Made by a program: the position numbers and the translations under genes. A stretch of 64,000 nt of DNA from Octopus vulgaris (taxonomy: Eukaryota), in the NCBI GenBank assembly GCA_951406725.2, contig OX597817.1, forward strand, positions 89,466,001-89,530,000, in the 5' to 3' direction. The notes under the pieces were generated by a model. It saw only the letters and a program-made list of their open reading frames with translations. It was not told where the DNA came from and ran no database searches. This document shows positions 43,752 to 56,304 of this stretch, piece after piece; positions within the stretch are counted from its first letter, which is position 1, and each line of letters opens with the position of its first letter.

Positions 43752-44166
43752 CTCTTTACTCTTTTACTTGTTTCAGTCATTTGACTGTGGTCATGCTGGA
43801 GCACCGCCTTTAGTCGAGCAAATCGATCCCAGGACTTATTCTTTGTAAGCCTAGTGCTTATTCTATCGGTCTCTTTTGCCGAACCGCTAAGTTACGGGGG
43901 CGTAAACACACCGCCATCACTTGTCAACCGATGTTGGGGGGATAAACACAGACACACAAACATATACATACGCACACACACATATACATATATACATATA
44001 TACGACGGGCTTCTTTCAGTTTCCGTCTACCAAATCCACTCTCAAGGCTTTGGTTGACCTGAGGCTATAGTAAAAGACACTTGCCCAAGTTGCCACGCAG
44101 TAGGACTGAACCTAGAACAATAAGGTTCGTAAGCAAGCTACTTACCACACAGCCACTCCTACGCCT
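43752..44166 (-). mobile_element. tRNA-derived SINE (family A)
   Basis: Head ggcgtaggagtggctgtgtggtaagtagc…ggttcagtcc; internal microsatellite; ctctttta tail. Confidence 0.88.
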
Positions 44167-44408
44167 ATATATATATATTGGCGTAAGAGTGGCTGTGTGG
44201 TAAGTATATATATATATATATATACTAAGCAATAAAGGGTTTAGCAACTAGTTGCCTTACCACATACCGAATTTAGAAATAGCAGTCAAAGAGTTATAGC
44301 TATTTCTTCTACTAAAAGGGGATCTCAGTAAAAACAGCAATTGGAAGGCAGACACAAACAGGTAAGAGAGGATGAATTAACGGCAATCTATCATACAATT
44401 TTAAGTTA

Positions 44409-44509
44409 TCTACGGACGAACGTTTCGAAATCAAGTCTTTAGGAAAGCATAAGAATTAAATGTTAAATAATTCTATCTTACCGAAAACTTCTTTTCTCTT
44501 CAGCGTAGA
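44409..44509 (-). ncRNA. Type I hammerhead ribozyme, array copy 1 (stem III loop variant)
   Basis: TCTACG-CTGAAGA-G[long hairpin]C-GAAA-CGTTCG-TC-CGTAGA. Confidence 0.8.
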
Positions 44510-45105
44510 ATACTATAATCATAAATGATTATATATTGAATTTTGAGATACTAGAAGGCATTAACTCAACTCAGTATCAGAGCGAGCTAGAATCCGCAAC
44601 TAGTATCACCAAATTCAATGTTTGAATGAAAAGATTGTGTCACCAGCCCCTTCCCACCCAAGGCATCAACTCAACTCAGTATCAGAGCGAGCTAGAATCC
44701 GCAACTAGTATCACCAAATTCAATGTTTGAATGAAAAGATTGTGTCACCAGCCCCTTCCCACCCGCGTGTAGCCAAAACATGATGCTGTGGTCATCTACT
44801 GAGATAAAATATGGTTATCCGTAATAATGAAGGGTGAAATTAATTAATTTGGAATAATTATCAATTACACCAAGTAGTCTTCGGCATGTAAAAGCCTCAT
44901 TTGAGGAAAATTTAAGTAATACTAAGCAATAAAGGGTTTAGCAACTAGTTGCCTTACCACATACCGAATTTAGAAATAGCAGTCAAAGAGTTATAGCTAT
45001 TTCTTCTACTAAAAGGAGATCTCAGTAAAAACAGCAATTGGAAGGCAGACACAAACAGGTAAGAGAGGATGAATTAACGGCAATCTATCATACAATTTTA
45101 AGTTA

Positions 45106-45206
45106 TCTACGGACGTACGTTTCGAAATCAAGTCTTTAGGAAAGCATAAGAATTAAATGTTAAATAATTCTATCTTACCGAAAACTTCTTTTCTCTTCAG
45201 CGTAGA
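45106..45206 (-). ncRNA. Type I hammerhead ribozyme, array copy 2
   Basis: TCTACG-CTGAAGA-G[long hairpin]C-GAAA-CGTACG-TC-CGTAGA; canonical core, GUC site. Confidence 0.85.
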
Positions 45207-45698
45207 ATACTATAATCATAAATGATTATATATTGAATTTTGAGATACTAGAAGGCATCAACTCAACTCAGTATCAGAGCGAGCTAGAATCCGCAACTAG
45301 TATCACCAAATTCAATGTTTGAATGAAAAGATTGTGTCACCAGCCTCTTCCCACCCGCGTGTAGCCAAAACATGATGCTGTGGTCATCTACTGAGATAAA
45401 ATATGGTTATCCGTAATAATGAAGGGTGAAATTAATTAATTTGGAATAATTATCAATTACACCAAGTAGTCTTCGGCATGTAAAAGCCTCATTTGAGGAA
45501 AATTTAAGTAATACTAAGCAATAAAGGGTTTAGCAACTGGTTGCCTTACCACATACCGAATTTAGAAATAGCAGTCAAAGAGTTATAGCTATTTCTTCTA
45601 CTAAAAGGGAGATCTCAGTAAAAACAGCAATTGGAAGGCAGACACAAACAGGTAAGAGAGGATGAATTAACGGCAATCTATCATACAATTTTAAGTTA

Positions 45699-45799
45699 TC
45701 TACGGACGTACGTTTCGAAATCAAGTCTTTAGGAAAGCATAAGAATTAAATGTTAAATAATTCTATCTTACCGAAAACTTCTTTTCTCTTCAGCGTAGA
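45699..45799 (-). ncRNA. Type I hammerhead ribozyme, array copy 3
   Basis: Identical fold to copy 2. Confidence 0.85.
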
Positions 45800-46291
45800 A
45801 TACTATAATCATAAATGATTATATATTGAATTTTGAGATACTAGAAGGCATCAACTCAACTCAGTATCAGAGCGAGCTAGAATCCGCAACTAGTATCACC
45901 AAATTCAATGTTTGAATGAAAAGATTGTGTCACCAGCCTCTTCCCACCCGCGTGTAGCCAAAACATGATGCTGTGGTCATCTACTGAGATAAAATATGGT
46001 TATCCGTAATAATGAAGGGTGAAATTAATTAATTTGGAATAATTATCAATTACACCAAGTAGTCTTCGGCATGTAAAAGCCTCATTTGAGGAAAATTTAA
46101 GTAATACTAAGCAATAAAGGGTTTAGCAACTGGTTGCCTTACCACATACCGAATTTAGAAATAGCAGTCAAAGAGTTATAGCTATTTCTTCTACTAAAAG
46201 GGAGATCTCAGTAAAAACAGCAATTGGAAGGCAGACACAAACAGGTAAGAGAGGATGAATTAACGGCAATCTATCATACAATTTTAAGTTA

Positions 46292-46392
46292 TCTACGGAC
46301 GTACGTTTCGAAATCAAGTCTTTAGGAAAGCATAAGAATTAAATGTTAAATAATTCTATCTTACCGAAAACTTCTTTTCTCTTCAGCGTAGA
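46292..46392 (-). ncRNA. Type I hammerhead ribozyme, array copy 4
   Basis: Identical fold to copy 2. Confidence 0.85.
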
Positions 46393-46883
46393 ATACTATA
46401 ATCATAAATGATTATATATTGAATTTTGAGATACTAGAAGGCATCAACTCAACTCAGTATCAGAGCGAGCTAGAATCCGCAACTAGTATCACCAAATTCA
46501 ATGTTTGAATGAAAAGATTGTGTCACCAGCCCCTTCCCACCCGCGTGTAGCCAAAACATGATGCTGTGGTCATCTACTGAGATAAAATATGGTTATCCGT
46601 AATAATGAAGGGTGAAATTAATTAATTTGGAATAATTATCAATTACACCAAGTAGTCTTCGGCATGTAAAAGCCTCATTTGAGGAAAATTTAAGTAATAC
46701 TAAGCAATAAAGGGTTTAGCAACTAGTTGCCTTACCACATACCGAATTTAGAAATAGCAGTCAAAGAGTTATAGCTATTTCTTCTACTAAAAGGAGATCT
46801 CAGTAAAAACAGCAATTGGAAGGCAGACACAAACAGGTAAGAGAGGATGAATTAACGGCAATCTATCATACAATTTTAAGTTA

Positions 46884-46984
46884 TCTACGGACGTACGTTT
46901 CGAAATCAAGTCTTTAGGAAAGCATAAGAATTAAATGTTAAATAATTCTATCTTACCGAAAACTTCTTTTCTCTTCAGCGTAGA
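46884..46984 (-). ncRNA. Type I hammerhead ribozyme, array copy 5
   Basis: Identical fold to copy 2. Confidence 0.85.
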
Positions 46985-47441
46985 ATACTATAATCATAAA
47001 TGATTATATATTGAATTTTGAGATACTAGAAGGCATCAACTCAACTCAGTATCAGAGCGAGCTAGAATCCGCAACTAGTATCACCAAATTCAATGTTTGA
47101 ATGAAAAGATTGTGTCACCAGCCCCTTCCCACCCGCGTGTAGCCAAAACATGATGCTGTGGTCATCTACTGAGATAAAATATGGTTATCCGTAATAATGA
47201 AGGGTGAAATTAATTAATTTGGAATAATTATCAATTACACCAAGTAGTCTTATATATATATATTAAGGCTTAACAGGGAACAAGACTTAACAGGGAACAA
47301 GCTGACAGACAACGCGTCTATGAAATAAATTACACCAAAAACAGAACACACCAACAATATCCTAATACCAGACCCAACCACCATACAGCACAAAACGACA
47401 CTAGAATAAGAAATACACCACACACAAGTCGCTACTACCCC

Positions 47442-49775
47442 ATGAACCAAAATTACTGGTACCCACTGAACACAAGACAAACGCAAAAAAACACTATGTC
47501 AAGCAACATCCCACATACAAGCAGTTCGAAACAAAAATATTTCACATACAGAAATTTTACACACACCACAAACAAAAACAACTATAGATTCCCACACACA
47601 CACACACAACAATCGGGGGCAACAATACCACCATTCCCCCGACCCAATATCACACAACCTCACAGACAACTCATACAAACAAAATTACACCCAACATTTT
47701 TTAGCCAGGGACCAGAGACACCAGGACACAGGCTGGAACCTAGTAATAAGGAAAAACCGAAGATAATCAATCTTTCAACCAAACCTCTTTCTAACATAAA
47801 AATTGACATCCTCTCAAAAGGGCTCAAATTTACACCAACTCCACGCAGAGCCAACCTAAATGAAATCAAGGATAATATAACAGAATTTTGCAGAAAATTA
47901 AGACTAGCAGAAGCATCAACCAGTTTCAATACTGAAGATGAATCACTAGTCAAGAACAAAAGTGAACACATCCCACATAGAGGAAAAAATAAAGATCTTG
48001 ACGAATTCTGTAACCACATTGAGAACTTTCCCTACCATACTATACATAAACAGAAAGTTAACTCAAATTTTAACACTACACAATGGTAGGAACTGATAGA
48101 ACTTCAAAATGATGAAGATATAACCATTAAGGAAGCAGACAAGGGAAATGCAGTTGTAATAATGGATACATCATACTATAGAAATCTTGTAATTTCCTTG
48201 CTTGATGACAACCAGCATTATGAAAAAATCACCAACTACACCCCACAAAAAATAATGAAAACTCTATCTTCACTAATTAAAACCCATGAAAAGGAACTAA
48301 CAACCAAAGAGATTGACTTTCTAACAAACTTTAAATGCAAACCTAGCCTCTTCTATGGTCTGCCAAAAATTCATAAAAGCCAAATTATAAATGAAACCAT
48401 TAAAAAATCACCAAAGACATACATACACACACCTAACCAGGGGGACCTAAAACTACGACCCATTGTAGCTGGCCCAACCTGTGAAACACACAGACTAAGT
48501 CTATTTATGGACATCCTCCTGAAACCCTTCCTTAAACATATCGATAGCCATATCAGAGATGACTTAGATATGTTAAACCACCTTCCAAAAAAAGCCAAGG
48601 AAGAAACAATCATGGTTTCATTTGATGTAGTTAACTTATATACCAGTATACCTCATAATTATGGACTAGAGGCAATACAGTTCTGGCTGGACCAATTTCC
48701 GGAAGAAATACCAAAAAGGATCAGTACAGAATTCATTACTAAATCAATTGAATTCATCCTACATAATAACCACTTCATGTTTGACAATACATTTTACCGT
48801 CAAAAATCCGGAATTGCTATGGGTACAAGGGCAGCACCAGTCATTGCGAACCTAACAATGGGCTACCTGGAAATAATCATTTACCAGGAATCTTTATCAA
48901 TCTTTGGAAACCCCCTCTCTCAATACATAAAAAATAATTGGAAACGATTCCTGGACGATTGTTTTATACTCTGGAATGAAAACACAGATAAACTCCTAAA
49001 ATTTTAAAACCTATTGAACAGCATAAACCCAAATATGCAGTTCACAATGGAATACAACCAAAAGGAGCTCCCATTCTTGGATATACTAATTTAAAAAATT
49101 AACCTTAAAATAGAAACAGACATTTTTTACAAAGCCACAGACGCCAAACAATACCTTCTTTTTAATTCATGCCACCCAAGACACACTAAAACAAACATTC
49201 CCTTCAACCTTGCAAGAAGGATATGCACAATAGTGTCAGAACAAAATACCAGGAACTTTAGACTGCAAGAACTCAAAAACACCCTAATTGACAGACATTA
49301 CCCTGCTCAACTCATAGAGGATGGGATCAGACGTGCAACAGAAATCAACATAGAAACTTTAAGAAAAGTTCAACAAAGTAACACACCTTCCCCGAAAATA
49401 CTACCTTACATATCCACATACAACCCCAGAAACAAAGAAGCCTTCACCATCATCACCCAGAATTTACCAATACTTCATAAGGACCCCAAATTAAAGGAAA
49501 TTCTAAACATACACCAAATCATTAAAAGCTACAAACAACCTAAATCACTTAAAAAGATTCTCACAAAGGCAAAATTGTTTTCTGAAATTACGGATGCAAA
49601 AGTAAAAAAATGTGGTAGACCGAACTGTGCAACATGTCCCAACCTGCTAGAAGGATCAGAATTCCTCTTCAAAGAAGGACAGAAATTCAAGATCAAATCT
49701 AATTTTACTTGTGCCTCTGAAAACATAATTTATGTCATAAAATACTCGAGCTGCCACCAAGACTACGTGGATTAA
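47442..49775 (+). pseudogene. PLE reverse transcriptase/GIY-YIG ORF with three in-frame stops and deleted endonuclease C-terminus
   Basis: LSKGLKFTP, EADKG, FYGLPKIHK, LRPIV, SFDVVNLYTSIP, GIAMG, RFLDD, SCHP, CGRPNCATC, NIIYVIKY; listed ORFs 47442, 48162, 49233 share one frame; stops at 48087, 49005, 49092. Confidence 0.92.
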
Positions 49776-49884
49776 TCGATTATCTCCCTTACACCGGAAG
49801 AAATCACTTATTACCTCCCCTTATCTGGAACTCTTCTCAACATAAACATAACGATAAAACTTCTCAACGTAAACATAACGATGT

Positions 49885-49924
49885 AAGAAATTTGAAAAGC
49901 TGAACGCGAAACCGGTCATTTCTT
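49885..49924 (+). ncRNA. Minimal type I hammerhead ribozyme, U3-A8 core variant
   Basis: AAGAAAT-TTGAAAA-GC TGAAC GC-GAAA-CCGG-TC-ATTTCTT; perfect 7-bp stem I; position and orientation expected for a PLE pseudo-LTR. Confidence 0.8.
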
Positions 49925-50084
49925 CTAAACTATGTCATTGTAAGAAAAAAAATTATAACATTCTTCAGACATATTGACTCAAATATATATTTTTTAACCT
50001 TTTAAAACAAGCCTTCTGTAGTTTTTTCACTTTTTACTATTTTCTATATATTCAACCACGTGCTTTCACAAACCAACTTTCTCA

Positions 50085-50180
<96 letters not shown>

Positions 50181-50527
50181 CATATATAAATGTATACATA
50201 TATATATATAATGAGAGAGCGAGAGAGAGAGCGAGAGAGATGGATTTTAACTTGTGGAAATAGTAATAAACCTAGGAGATAGAGAACCCTAGTAGAGAAA
50301 CTTAATAGAAAACCCTGAGTCATGTTGTTCATTGGGTTTGCAGCAAGCATTTGCACCAACTTTCTATCAGCATTTCCAAAAAGTGAGACTGGCCCTACAC
50401 ACGCTTTTTCCCCAGACAAATCACCTATATGGATAGTCTAAAAGCTGGCTGTTAGACTGTCATACCTGGAAATCAATGGTAGAATCCACTATACATAGAT
50501 ACATACATACATACATACATACATACA

Positions 50528-50559
<32 letters not shown>

Positions 50560-50711
50560 GACAGACAGACATACACACACACATATTTAAAATCATAAGG
50601 AATTAGCATTTTATAATTATTATTTTATTGGATATAAGTTTCTATCTGTATTCCATATAATGAAGTTACCCTGAAATAGGAGTTGCGGTTCTATTGGTAA
50701 AATCCCAAATT

Positions 50712-50746
<35 letters not shown>

Positions 50747-50759
50747 AAATAATAATAAT

Positions 50760-50796
<37 letters not shown>

Positions 50797-50817
50797 AGTT
50801 AATTATACGGCCGGTCA

Positions 50818-50866
50818 TAGAATGACCGGTGGTTTCGCATCCATATAGACGACTCGTCAGACTCCA
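50818..50866 (-). ncRNA. Type I hammerhead ribozyme, canonical core
   Basis: Minus: TGGAGT-CTGACGA-GTCGTCT ATAT GGATGC-GAAA-CCACCGG-TC-ATTCTA; adjacent to (TA)n. Confidence 0.78.
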
Positions 50867-51200
50867 ATAATTAGAAGAACATTGTAGTTCACTTGAAGAA
50901 ATGTAGTACATAAGTAGAATTCATAAATGAAATGAGAAATGAGGAAAGCTTCTTAAAGTATAGAAAGTTTTTAAAAAACGTTTATATTTCGGGCACTGAG
51001 ACTATCTTCATGAGGATACAGTCAAAGAAATATATGTTTACATAGATCCTGGTATTTTGCGTAGACTGATGTGCAGCGAACCACCAACTATTTTGCCAAT
51101 GACTTCTACAAGAACATGCACCATCAACACCATTACTCATTATTATCCCGACATTTGCTACCATCGCCAACAACGTCGATGTAGACAACATCATCACCCG

Positions 51201-51245
<45 letters not shown>

Positions 51246-51246
51246 T

Positions 51247-51279
<33 letters not shown>

Positions 51280-51601
51280 ATTCCTAGCCATGGACAACCG
51301 CTTTCATAACAGCTGCCGACCTACAGCCAGTCTTCCACCACAGTACCCAATGTAACCTCTAGGGCATCAACAATACCAGCATTGGAGGAGCTGCTGCTAC
51401 TAGCAAAAGCACCGGACTAAAAGGAGGTCACTGTTCAAGCGGCTATCCAAAATGGCAGGATCTATGTAAGCATACATTTCTTTGGGCGTATTTTTCTGAA
51501 GATAGGACTTTTCTTTTTAACTTTCTACATTGTTGGAAGCTTTTCTTATTTCTCATTTCATTTATTATTCTATACACACACACACACACATACATGCACA
51601 T

Positions 51602-51988
51602 ATCTCTTTTCTCTTTTACTTGTTTCAGTCATTTGACTGCGGCCATGCTGGAGCACCGCCTTTAATCGAGCAACTCGACCCCGGGACTTATTCTTTGTAA
51701 GCCCAGTACTTATTCTATCGGTCTCTTTTGCCGAACCGCTAGGTAACGGGGACATAAACACACCAGCATCGGTTGTCAAGCAATGCTAGGGGGACAAACA
51801 CACATACATATATATATACATATATACGACGGGATTCTTTCAGTTTCCGTCTACCAAATCCACTCACAAGGCTTTGGTCGGCCCGAGGCTATAGTAGAAG
51901 ACACTTCCCCAAGGTGCCACGCAGTGGTACTGAACCCGGAACCATGTGGTTGGTAAACAAGCTACTTACCACACATCCACTCCTGCAC
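51602..51988 (-). mobile_element. tRNA-derived SINE (family A)
   Basis: Collinear with the other family-A copies. Confidence 0.88.
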
Positions 51989-53339
51989 CTATATGTGTAT
52001 ATACATTTTGTATATATATATGTACACACACACACATACACACACAAACACATAAATATATATGTGCATTTACCATACATTTTCCGCCTCTCATTTCTAT
52101 GCAACGCTCGCACGCTATTTTAAGGTAGAGTTTTAAAGAGGTGGCGTCCCTTCAACGTAAAAGTAGGTTGAAGAGAGGCATTCAAATATTGCGTAACAGA
52201 AAAGAAATTTCTACAAAATTAAATCATAGTCACACATCCTCCTTCCCCTATTTTTTTAAAAAAAGAAGCAGAAAATCATTCGAATAAATCTGGCAATTAA
52301 AAGAAAAATGCTCAAACTTCTGACTGATTGGAAAACCATGAGTAAGTCCAATCATTACATAAATGGAATGGAAGCCAACGATGTGATTTGTGCTCAGCGG
52401 AGAGAAGAAAACTACTCGGAAATCTTTACAATCAAGGTTAGATCCGAGGAAGATCTGGTTGCTAGTTTTAGCAGCCAAATCTTCTCCAGTGTAAGAAGCC
52501 TCTACTCCTCTTTGGAGATTCGTTGCGGGTGGTTGTTTTTTACTGATTGTTGTTGCTGCTGCTGTTTTAGATAAGATCCAGAGGACACTGTCTGTTTTTC
52601 AGTCGCGTCCAGAGGGCGAATTCTAATTAATGTTTACAGTTTAGTTGACTTACACGAAAAAAGAGGGGAGGAGGATGTCTTATATATGCTTCCACAATAT
52701 GATCAGAGCCTCACTACCTCAACCACCATAACCATCATGACCGCCAGCACCTCTATCCCCATCGCTACTATTGTCATCGTAACTATCACGACCGTTACCA
52801 CAACTACCACCTCTACACATGCGTACGTTTCTCTCTGTCTATGCATATATGTATGTCTGTTCGTCTCCAAATGTGTGTGGATTTCTTGTTGTTTTCTTTA
52901 CTTTTGTTAAGGGAGTTGATGAGCCGACTCAAGAGAGAAGGTGTTCTCATGGGGTGGCAGAGAGAGAAAGAGGCGACAAACGGAGATGTGGAGGAGCACG
53001 GCATCTCACTTGCAGAACAAACTAACTACAAGAGTGGCGATGGTAATGGTGGTGATGGTGATGGTGGTGCCAGTGGTCTTGGTGGCGGCGGAGGTTGAAA
53101 TAATGGTATTATAGGGACGGTGATAGACATGATGGTGGCAATGACGGCGGTGTAGTGGTAGTGTTAGTGAAGGCAATGGTATTGGTGTTTGCAGAATTGG
53201 TAGCGGAGATAGAAGATTTTGATGTTGCTATGGAGATGAAAGATGAAGCGGTGAAGGATGTGGTGAAGAAAAATTTGCTCTAAGCGAATGTTTTCAATTA
53301 AGTTCGGATATTTACCAACCCTGGGTATCGAACTGATGT

Positions 53340-54213
53340 TAATATCGTTGTTGTTGCTATAGTTGATGTTGTGCTTCTTGTACTTGCTTTTGTTGTTGTT
53401 GTTGTAGTCATTGCAGTTGTTGCAGCTTTTGCTGTTACTGTTGTGTTTTCATTGTTGTTGTTGTTGATGTTGTTGCTGCTGTTCTAGTTATTGTTATTAT
53501 CATTATTATTGTTGTTGTTGTTGCTGAGGTTGTTGTTATTGTTGAGATTTTTGTTGTCGTTGCTGTTGTTCTAGTCATTGCTGTTGTAGTCATTGTTGTT
53601 GTCATTGCTGTTGCTGTTGTTGTTGTTGATGATGATGTTATTGGTACTGTTGTAGTCGTTGTTATTATTATTGTTATTGTTGTTATTGTTGAGGTTTTTG
53701 TTGTTGTTCTAGTCATTGTTGTTGTCGTTGTTATTGTTGTTGTTGTGGTTGCCGTTGTAGCTGATGATATTGTTACTTTTGTTGTTGTTGTTGTTTTTGT
53801 CATCGCTGTTGTGGCTGTTGTTGTCATTACTGCTATCGTTGCTGTTGTTGTTGCTTCTGCTGCTGCTTTGGTTGGTTTCCGAAGCTTCTGCTGCTGTTGT
53901 TGTTGTTTTCCTTGTTCTTGTAACTGTCTCTGTTGTTGCCATTATTCTTTTAGTTGTTGTAGTTGTTATTGCTGCCTAGATTTCTGTAACTCTTGTTGTT
54001 GTTGATGTTGACGTGGTATTCGTTTATACAGTTCTCATTGCTGCTACTTTAGCTGTTATTTTTTGCCACTAATTCTGTTCATCTTAACGTTTGTTTTTCC
54101 TTTTGTTATTGTTACGGTTGCTTGTGTTGTTGTTGCTGCTGTTGCTGTTGATGATGATGATGATTATGATAATAAACATGATGATGTTATTGATCTTGTG
54201 TTGTCACTGTTAT

Positions 54214-54264
<51 letters not shown>

Positions 54265-54270
54265 ATAGTA
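53340..54270. repeat. Degenerate (GTT)n/(GAT)n/(AGT)n tract
   Basis: Direct reading; gives Thr-/Val-rich pseudo-ORFs. Confidence 0.9.
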
Positions 54271-54837
54271 GTTGCTGTTTTTGTGCATTTTGATTGACGC
54301 CCCGGGTTAGTTTTGAAAGAGAATATGCTTATCTCTGTCTTAATATCTTGCGAGTGTTAAGAGTTAAGGGAAAAAAAGTAAGAACAGAAAAAAGAGGGAA
54401 AGGGGGAGTTGAGAGATAGTAAGATGGAGAGAGGGAGAAAGGGAGAGAGACAGAAAGAGAGAAAGAAAGAGAGAGAGAGAGAGGAAGAAATAAATAAATA
54501 AATAAATAAAGACGAGATAAAAGAAATGGAAAGAGATAAAACGAGAAATTAAATAAACAAATACGAAATAAGAGTGTGATGTAAAAAGAAGAGAAACAGA
54601 GAAAGGGAGAAAAAGGCTTGGAGGAGAGAGTGATCGGAATATTGTGAGAGAAGAGCAAGGCACACAAGGGAGATAAACAGTGATATAGACAAATCAATTC
54701 AAAGTGTGGAAAATAAGAATAAAATGTGAGAATGTGTGCATAAATACATATATATATATGCGTATGTATGAGTGTGGTATATATATGCACATGCATATTT
54801 ATGTACGTATGAATGTGTGTGTATATACACATATCTA

Positions 54838-54926
<89 letters not shown>

Positions 54927-54967
54927 GTTAACACATATATAAGTATGTGTATATGTATACATATGCC

Positions 54968-55001
<34 letters not shown>

Positions 55002-55135
55002 TACATAAGTATATATATGTGTGTGTATGTGTGCGTGTGCGTGTGTGCGTGTATGCGTGTGTGCGTGTATGTACGAATATTTATGCATATGTATATATGC
55101 ATATAGGAATATTCAGAGAGAAATAGGTAGGTAGG

Positions 55136-55208
<73 letters not shown>

Positions 55209-55528
55209 GTATTTATATTAGTCAATCAAATCTCATCATCGTCCGATTTTCACATTTAGTTTGCATTTATACAATTTAACATCACATAGAAAAATATAAC
55301 AAGTATTTTCATATCAATCTTCAGATAAGTGTTTATGTAGTAGCATTGACAAACTTCTATTGTGTGTGTGTGTGTACGCGCGCGGGCGCGTGCATTGAGA
55401 CAAACAAATTACAAGTGATGCTAGTGTTGTAAGAATTATAGATCACACACACCCAATAAACAGAGCTGACTTGTTCGCCGGTAGGCTGCGATTTAGCGCA
55501 GTGGGGAAGAATCCCTCAAAGCGGTGTG

Positions 55529-55636
<108 letters not shown>

Positions 55637-55765
55637 AACTTATTCTGGACAAATACTTACCGACTATACGTAACAAGATCAAATATGTAAACATATACAT
55701 GTATACAAACACACATATAAAATATATATAGAAATACATACATAGATATATATATACATATATAA

Positions 55766-55821
<56 letters not shown>

Positions 55822-55850
55822 GATATACACACATACCAATGTGTGTGTAT

Positions 55851-56032
55851 AGGCGTAGGAGTGGCTGCGTGGTAAGTAGCTTGTTTACCAGCCACATGGT
55901 AGCGGGTTCAGTCCCACTGCGTGGCACTTTGGGCAAGTATCTTCTACTATAGTCTCGGGTCGACCAAAGCCTTGTGAGTGGATTTGGTAGACGGAAACTG
56001 AAAGAAGCCTGTCGTATATATGTATATATATA

Positions 56033-56100
<68 letters not shown>

Positions 56101-56304
56101 TGTGTCTGTGTTTGACCCCCCAACATCGCTTGAGAACCGATGCTGGTGTGTTTACGTCCCCGTAACTTAGCGGTTCAGCAAAAGAGACCGTACTAGGCTT
56201 ACAAACAATAAGTCCTGGGGTCGATTTGCTCCACTAAAGACAGTGCTCCAGCATGGCCACAGTCAAATGACTGAAACAAGTAAAAGAGTAGAAAGAGTAA
56301 AGAG

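Larger units (their letters stand above)
44223..47251 (-). repeat. Tandem array of ~593-bp HHR-containing monomers (4.9 copies), retrozyme-like
   Basis: Unit starts (tactaagcaataaaggg) at 44223, 44920, 45512, 46105, 46698; near identical; (TA)n both sides; no ORFs. Confidence 0.95.
47265..50087 (+). mobile_element. Penelope-like element (probably Neptune-type), defective
   Basis: RT + Cys-rich linker + start of GIY-YIG, sense HHR in 3' terminal region, (TA)n both sides. Confidence 0.9.

Noticed and set aside
44223-47251. CRISPR-like or rDNA/snRNA tandem array
   Set aside because: Units are ~593 bp, near identical, with no variable spacers and no recognisable rRNA/snRNA sequence
52308-52574. 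88-aa non-repetitive ORF as possible host exon
   Set aside because: No recognisable motif; could be a LINE ORF1 scrap; unsupported without a search
53435-53827. Mucin-like Thr-rich ORF
   Set aside because: Reverse complement of a degenerate (GTT)n tract; no signal peptide or exon context
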